DNA of 64,000 nucleotides from a virus (taxonomy: Duplodnaviria; Caudoviricetes): IMG/VR virus record IMGVR_UViG_3300010352_001543. The stretch is one strand, 5' to 3'. The translations under genes and the position numbers were made by a program. Of the stretch, positions 59,102 through 64,000 are shown one piece after another. Each line of letters starts with the position of its first letter. Positions within the stretch are counted from its first letter, which is position 1. Under the pieces are notes generated by a model. The model saw nothing but the letters and a program-made list of their open reading frames with translations, searched no databases and was not told the DNA's origin.

Positions 59102-59320
59102 TTATTTCTCCTTAATTTCCACTGGAAAGAAATCAGCTAAAGAATTTCTCATCAATTCAATTGATTCTTTCACAGAATCAAATAAAAAAGTACGACAATA
59201 TGCTTCAGCATTTTCTAATTCAATTGTGGAATTCAATAATTTCATATCCGCTGAATAATCCAAAAGATCATTTTCGATAGATAGTTTATTCTGTTTTTTG
59301 TCTAAGTAAATATAATACAT
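59102..59320 (-). CDS. Hypothetical early protein
   Basis: First gene after cassette copy B. Confidence 0.6.
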   Translation of the reverse strand: MYYIYLDKKQNKLSIENDLLDYSADMKLLNSTIELENAEAYCRTFLFDSVKESIELMRNSLADFFPVEIKEK

Positions 59321-59435
59321 TTTTTAATCCTAAAATTATTAGTGTTGTTATTTAATTTATATAGTATAGACGTCACTGATGGAATTTTATTGTAAATAAA
59401 AAGAAAGAATTTCAAAATAAATTGAAATTCTTTCT
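59321..59435 (-). promoter_or_regulatory. Terminator-promoter-RBS cassette, copy B
   Basis: Hairpin 59402..59435, TTTACAATAAAATTCC, CGTCTATAC, CTAATAATTTTAGGA. Confidence 0.82.
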
Positions 59436-59437
59436 GA

Positions 59438-59600
59438 TGATAGGAGCAGGATTCGAACCTACATGAAGCGTACCAAGTGGATGTTATGCCATCTCTTCAC
59501 TGTCAGGCCTCCGTTTTGCGTTCGGAGCCAAGCTCATCGCTGAATGCTTCTTAGTTATGAGCCATATATTAGCGTCTAAAACCAATTCCGCCATCCTATC
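59438..59600 (-). ncRNA. tRNA-like RNA (163 nt) with three hairpins in place of the anticodon/variable arms
   Basis: Acceptor GATAGGA/TCCTATC + A; D-arm GCG-GAATTGGTTTTAGA-CGC; T-arm GTAGG-TTCGAAT-CCTGC; ~109-nt structured insert. Confidence 0.8.
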
Positions 59601-59613
59601 AAAATATAATATT

Positions 59614-59949
59614 CTACTTTTTTAAATATTTTTTAATTGTCGCTAACATAACATAATCAGGAACAGCATATTCGAAATAACCATCCAAAGTATTACTTAA
59701 TTCGGAATAATCGGAGGTAGGACGATTATTTACAAAGTCTTTCTTTTTAGCTATAGCTAAAATTTCTGTAGCAACATTTTTAATATAATTTAGTTTATCT
59801 TGTACCGATTGTGAACGATCCATTAGTACAAGTTTACCACGTAAATCTTGTATATGATCCATGACATCAGAAGTTTTCTTATATCCTATATTAACAGCCA
59901 ATCCATTTTCGTTTAAAAATTCATTGCTTGTCATTACATATTTTTTCAT
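59614..59949 (-). CDS. Leader-tagged small protein in the early region, with its own late-type promoter
   Basis: MKKYVMTSNEFLNE leader; TAATATATA at 59976..59984. Confidence 0.7.
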   Translation of the reverse strand: MKKYVMTSNEFLNENGLAVNIGYKKTSDVMDHIQDLRGKLVLMDRSQSVQDKLNYIKNVATEILAIAKKKDFVNNRPTSDYSELSNTLDGYFEYAVPDYVMLATIKKYLKK

Positions 59950-59981
59950 AATTTCACTTTTTTTTTGTTATAGTTTATATA

Positions 59982-60179
59982 TTACTTATTTTGTATAAAA
60001 TCTATTTTAGGTGGTCCGGTCATAAAATCGTCATCTCTATTGTTACCACAAGTATTACCAGCAAAATATTCTTCAACTGTTCTTGGACCTCCGGTCGGAG
60101 ATAATATACCTTCGAATTCTTCCGGATGAGCTATCATGTCTTCCATGTAGTCTTTGTATGAATATGGCTCACCCTTCAT
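59982..60179 (-). CDS. Hypothetical protein
   Basis: 65-aa ORF. Confidence 0.5.
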   Translation of the reverse strand: MKGEPYSYKDYMEDMIAHPEEFEGILSPTGGPRTVEEYFAGNTCGNNRDDDFMTGPPKIDFIQNK

Positions 60180-60269
60180 ATTTTCTTCTCAAGTAAGGAT
60201 TCGGTTCCGGTTCTCTACTTGATTCTTCTTTTTCTGTTGGAAAAAGAAGATCAAAAATTGCTCCAAAGC

Positions 60270-60482
60270 TCATATGACAAACACCTTGACTCGCTTAGGG
60301 CACCAAGCAGGAATCGTTAAATTTTTGTCATTCCATTCCACAAACGGGTAAATAATCTTTCCGTCCATCTCTTTACATGTCCATTTTTCACCACGCTCCC
60401 AGCTGTCTTCACCATAAGCAGGTTGTATGTTGCATTCTGGACATTTCTTACATGTTTCAATTTCGATTGTTACGTTGCTCAA
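60270..60482 (-). CDS. Small Cys-rich protein
   Basis: CKKCPEC...W.C...IPAWCP. Confidence 0.6.
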   Translation of the reverse strand: MSNVTIEIETCKKCPECNIQPAYGEDSWERGEKWTCKEMDGKIIYPFVEWNDKNLTIPAWCPKRVKVFVI

Positions 60483-60712
60483 TATTGTATCTCCTCTATA
60501 ATATACTCAACTGTTAATGATTCTTCTCCGGAAACCTCTAATCTGGCAAAACGTCTTTCTTTAACGATCCAAATATCCTTTGATATACCTATTTTAGATA
60601 TGACAAGGTCACCAACGATTGGCAGAACTTTAAAGTCAATCCAATGTGATTTAATGCACTTAAGTGCATCCGGAACTTCCGTAGCATATGTATTTAAAAC
60701 TATAAATTGCAT
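60479..60712 (-). CDS. Hypothetical protein
   Basis: LPIVGDLV...W.V..R; ATGA-type coupling. Confidence 0.55.
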   Translation of the reverse strand: MQFIVLNTYATEVPDALKCIKSHWIDFKVLPIVGDLVISKIGISKDIWIVKERRFARLEVSGEESLTVEYIIEEIQY

Positions 60713-60716
60713 TTAA

Positions 60717-61553
60717 TTACCTCTTTTTCTTTTTAGAAAGTTTATGAAGGATGTTACCTTCTAAATCAGTTATTTGATAATTTTTCTTGGAGTAAATTAG
60801 TCCAGTACATTGAATAACTTCATAATCGAGCTCTAAGCGATTAATATCTTCTAACAATCCTTGACTAATACAGTTTTTAACATAAATATTATCTACATCT
60901 ATCAGTACTATTTCTTCATATTTGGAAAAAATCTTATGAAGAAAATTAAAATATGGATAAAATTCATTTTGAATATACTTATTAGAAAAATTATTTTTTA
61001 TCTTGATGAAACAGTCCGGTCCTTCTTTAGGCGTGAGTGTTATAGAAATGTTACTGTTCCTCGTTGATTGATTACTGGTAACTCCGGTATTTAATGCTCC
61101 GTAAGTACAGTTAATAAACATTTTTATTATATGTCTTACACCATATGTAATAGTTTCAGTATTTAATATTTCATCTATGTTTTTTAAAACAAATGAATAT
61201 AAATTTCCAAATTTAGGAATATTGTATTCTATTTGTTTTGTTTCCCAAAGATCATTTAAGATATGGCTAAACAAATATTTGAATGAAATACATTGTAAAT
61301 CTGTTTGTTCCGCTATAATATCATTATCGATGAGATTAGCGGTTTTGATACCGCATTTATCAACGAATTTTTCATCGTTTCTGAATTTGGTCGGACCATA
61401 AAATTTCAAGAGGAGCGAACCAACCAAACCGTTGTATTCGTCCATATCAAATTTGTTATTGGTCAAGTTCGGAAGTTCTAACCCTTTGACAAATTCGATT
61501 AGATTATCAATAGTTAGTGCGCTGGTGATGTGCTGGTGTTTGAATAAATTCAT
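60717..61553 (-). CDS. Truncated, degenerate family-B DNA polymerase palm-like protein
   Basis: ISFKYLFSHI (motif A remnant), KMFINCTYG (B), LIDVDNIYV (C) and KKNY, in the expected order. Confidence 0.6.
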   Translation of the reverse strand: MNLFKHQHITSALTIDNLIEFVKGLELPNLTNNKFDMDEYNGLVGSLLLKFYGPTKFRNDEKFVDKCGIKTANLIDNDIIAEQTDLQCISFKYLFSHILNDLWETKQIEYNIPKFGNLYSFVLKNIDEILNTETITYGVRHIIKMFINCTYGALNTGVTSNQSTRNSNISITLTPKEGPDCFIKIKNNFSNKYIQNEFYPYFNFLHKIFSKYEEIVLIDVDNIYVKNCISQGLLEDINRLELDYEVIQCTGLIYSKKNYQITDLEGNILHKLSKKKKR

Positions 61554-61595
61554 TTTTTGAATTCCTAAAATTATTAGTTTTGTTAATTATTAGTT

Positions 61596-62012
61596 CTATA
61601 TTATTAATAAATCAGTTCCGAGTATTTTCCAAAAGGATTCGGGTAAGTAAATGTTATCTATATTAATAGCACCATAAAACAAAAGTGCTATATCTTCTGG
61701 AGTGTAACCGGCAAGACCACACCCAATTTCTGTTACTAAGTACATCTTATTTGTTTCTCTTTCCACTGATTCTATAAAATGTTTAATATACCGGGCAATT
61801 TCTTTTAGTTCCAAAGTTTCTAAATTTTTATCTTTTGTTGGAATGGCGAAGGTTCGTCCATACTCACCAAATCCTCGACCCATTTCGGCGCCCCATTGTA
61901 GTGCCATCTTTGCTGCACCAGCGCCATGTATTCCAGCTTCGTTACTACCAAAGACGAATATTTCACCTTCTCTTAGATTTGTTATATTTTCAGGTGTTGT
62001 TCTATTTCTCAT
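61596..62012 (-). CDS. A1S_2505-like phage protein (macro-domain-related)
   Basis: TPENI..L..GEIFVFGSNEAGIHGAGAA, FAIPT, LVTEIGCGLAG. Confidence 0.75.
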   Translation of the reverse strand: MRNRTTPENITNLREGEIFVFGSNEAGIHGAGAAKMALQWGAEMGRGFGEYGRTFAIPTKDKNLETLELKEIARYIKHFIESVERETNKMYLVTEIGCGLAGYTPEDIALLFYGAINIDNIYLPESFWKILGTDLLII

Positions 62013-62014
62013 AG

Positions 62015-62242
62015 TTATTTTCCTTGTAATATTTTTAAGTATGCTTCGACCGCAATATAATTATTGAAATTAAGATTAAGTAAGTTCTGTAAGAATCCTT
62101 CGTTCCATGTTATTAGTTCTTGATGACTATCGAATAGTAGATGATATTTTTCATTTCCCTGATGTATATAATAATAAGGAACAATTTTATAATTTTCGAT
62201 GTTGTAAATAACATCACCTTGTTTTAAATCAGTTATTGTCAT
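62015..62242 (-). CDS. Hypothetical protein
   Basis: ITDLKQGD N-terminus. Confidence 0.55.
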   Translation of the reverse strand: MTITDLKQGDVIYNIENYKIVPYYYIHQGNEKYHLLFDSHQELITWNEGFLQNLLNLNFNNYIAVEAYLKILQGK

Positions 62243-62244
62243 TT

Positions 62245-62601
62245 TTATTTCCTCTCTGTTACCATTGATTGTTTCGATACCGAATCAAAAATTTCGATGT
62301 GGTCATATTCATTCCAATCATCATTAGATAAACTACTGGCTATCCGGTATGCTCTTTGTAAATTACTATCATAGGTTATTCGAATTTTTTCCAAAGGACA
62401 ACCATCATCGTTATATGTATGAAGATTTATAATATATCTTTCTTCTTCTATTTCAGGCGCATTGTAATATTGATCTATTACTTTTTGAGCTTTACTGGCT
62501 AACATCTTCTCTTCATCTTCGTCAAATGTTAATTCATCCAATATTTCATCTATTAATGATTTTGCTTCTAAATCAAATTCTTTTTCTTCTTTCTTTTCCA
62601 T
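62245..62601 (-). CDS. Acidic hypothetical protein
   Basis: 118 aa with an AGGA RBS. Confidence 0.6.
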   Translation of the reverse strand: MEKKEEKEFDLEAKSLIDEILDELTFDEDEEKMLASKAQKVIDQYYNAPEIEEERYIINLHTYNDDGCPLEKIRITYDSNLQRAYRIASSLSNDDWNEYDHIEIFDSVSKQSMVTERK

Positions 62602-62618
62602 TGTTTTATTCCTAATTA

Positions 62619-62975
62619 TTAGTTATTGAAACCTAAATTGTTTTGTGGAAATCTGCCGATACTTTCTTTCAATGCAAGAATGTCGTTTGTTGCTTCTTTT
62701 AATGTGATCAATGAATAGTATGAAGATCCGTAAACATCGTTTGATTTCTTTTTACGATCGCCTGATTCTAAGTCATATGACTCATCGTCACCGTATCCAC
62801 CGGTTACCCTAATTGATTTTTTATTGACAGTTTTGACTGTTCTTTTTTCATAAGTGTAATAAACACCTAATTGCGGGTTGTGACGTTCCATCATTCTAAC
62901 ACACGTATCACCTTTTTTCAAATCTCTGATTGTGATTGCAGTGTTTTCATTTTTTAATTCTTGTTGCTCGTTCAT
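62619..62975 (-). CDS. Hypothetical early protein
   Basis: First gene after cassette copy C; IRDLKKGD. Confidence 0.6.
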   Translation of the reverse strand: MNEQQELKNENTAITIRDLKKGDTCVRMMERHNPQLGVYYTYEKRTVKTVNKKSIRVTGGYGDDESYDLESGDRKKKSNDVYGSSYYSLITLKEATNDILALKESIGRFPQNNLGFNN

Positions 62976-63086
62976 TTTTTTAAATCCTAAAGTTATTAGT
63001 TGTTATTTAATTTATAATATATAGACGTTGCTAATGGAATTTTATTGTAAACAAAAAGAAAGAATTTTCGAACGAAAATTCTTTCT
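62976..63086 (-). promoter_or_regulatory. Terminator-promoter-RBS cassette, copy C
   Basis: Hairpin 63057..63086, TTTACAATAAAATTCC, CGTCTATAT, ACTAATAACTTTAGGA. Confidence 0.82.
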
Positions 63087-63110
63087 GATAATAATATTCG
63101 ACCGGAGAAC

Positions 63111-63485
63111 TTATTTTCTAAGCTTTTCCAAATCTTCGATTGACATTTCCTGTAATTGTGATTCTTGCTTCATAGCAATCAATGCATCAATTTTTTGATT
63201 ATGTGCTTTAATTGTAGCAGCGTCCCGGATTTCTTCTGCTTCTTTTTTCTTCGTTAGATATACATCTTTTAGTATATCAAATCTTAGTTGATTTTCTGTG
63301 TCAACTACTGTATTTGATTCAAGAAATGACAATTCATCATCATTGTCTTTTACTAATACCTTTTTAACAGCTTTAATTGCTGATGATAATAGAGCAGGTG
63401 TTAGACCCCATAATTGCTCAACGGATAGTTCACCTTTTTCTGTAGTGAATCTTAATCTTAATCTCGATGCTTGTTTGTATAACAT
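63111..63485 (-). CDS. Conserved large-phage hypothetical protein
   Basis: ASRLRLRF....G.LSVEQLW.L motif and a C-terminal coiled coil. Confidence 0.7.
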   Translation of the reverse strand: MLYKQASRLRLRFTTEKGELSVEQLWGLTPALLSSAIKAVKKVLVKDNDDELSFLESNTVVDTENQLRFDILKDVYLTKKKEAEEIRDAATIKAHNQKIDALIAMKQESQLQEMSIEDLEKLRK

Positions 63486-63516
63486 TTTGTTATCCTTTAA
63501 TATGATAAATAATTAA

Positions 63517-63999
63517 TTAAAACTTTATTTTTATAGTTCGTTTGAAGGAACCTTGTAATTTTACTATGACTTCATCTCTTACTGTTGCGTTAAATCCTAA
63601 ACCGGATAGCTGTTTGTCTGTTGGTTCAATCATAGTGGTGTTACCCAAAACTTCTAGCACTTTACGATGTTCCGCAAGTTCTGGTATTAAATTTTCGCTG
63701 TGGAAAGATCTCAACGATGTTGGACATTTACAACCGTCTAACATGAATAGATAATGCTTATTTCCAACGTTATTGTCACCCCAATGATTTGGTGTTAAAC
63801 AGATTAGATTAACTTTGTGGAATTGCTCTGTCTGTAGTCCATATAATTCTTTAGATGAATGTGATTCGCTTAAAGCATGCTTAATGGAGAATTTACCATC
63901 TTTGAACGTTACAGTCGCTACGTCAACACAACCAGCAACTGGTTTATTATATTCATAGGTGTATATTTCACCATCAAATTCGATTTCAGCTTTAAACCC
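63517..63999 (-). CDS. C-terminal part of a larger conserved phage protein (5' end outside the window)
   Basis: Frame open from 63999 (GFKAEIEFDG...TPNHWGDN.VGNKHYLF...HRKVLEVLG...QLSGLGF). Confidence 0.75.
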   Translation of the reverse strand, partial: GFKAEIEFDGEIYTYEYNKPVAGCVDVATVTFKDGKFSIKHALSESHSSKELYGLQTEQFHKVNLICLTPNHWGDNNVGNKHYLFMLDGCKCPTSLRSFHSENLIPELAEHRKVLEVLGNTTMIEPTDKQLSGLGFNATVRDEVIVKLQGSFKRTIKIKF

Positions 64000-64000
64000 T

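Noticed and set aside
59438-59600. Standard tRNA-Leu, tmRNA or a group I intron-containing tRNA
   Set aside because: No pairable anticodon stem around CTAAGAA; no G3:U70 Ala identity or convincing tag ORF; the insert is too short for a group I intron core
1-64000. Stop-codon reassignment (TAG or TGA recoding), as in some jumbo phages
   Set aside because: Multi-kb ORFs are intact in code 11, and TAG stops fall at natural ends abutting the next start (9386, 41987, QueC). The TAG at 7810 is better explained by a frameshift.

Overview
An AT-rich (roughly 30% GC by eye), densely coding segment of a large T4-superfamily (jumbo-type) myophage in the standard genetic code, almost all on the minus strand. 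About 0.9-39.5 kb is a late/morphogenesis region: gp2-like DNA end protector, large putative virion/baseplate proteins, gp20 portal, gp53-like wedge, a GH24 lysozyme and two CHAP hydrolases. It is interrupted by an antisense orphan TnpB and an orphan DNA methyltransferase. About 39.5-45 kb holds a four-gene glycosyltransferase cluster, DenV and QueC. About 45-64 kb is a small-gene early-type region with NAD-dependent ligase, ThyX, a nucleotidyltransferase, HD, KH and PolB-remnant proteins, punctuated by a repeated terminator-promoter-RBS cassette. Most notable: (1) about 12 small genes with otherwise unrelated bodies share an N-terminal K-[FY]-N-E-F-[IMLV]-N-E leader resembling the T4 internal-protein capsid-targeting sequence, suggesting a modular packaged-cargo system; (2) a GT2-TPR-pseudoGT25 plus 3x GT25 cluster, a candidate virion glycosylation pathway; (3) a 163-nt tRNA-shaped RNA whose anticodon/variable region is replaced by three hairpins. 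All family calls come from motif recognition by eye; no database searches were run.
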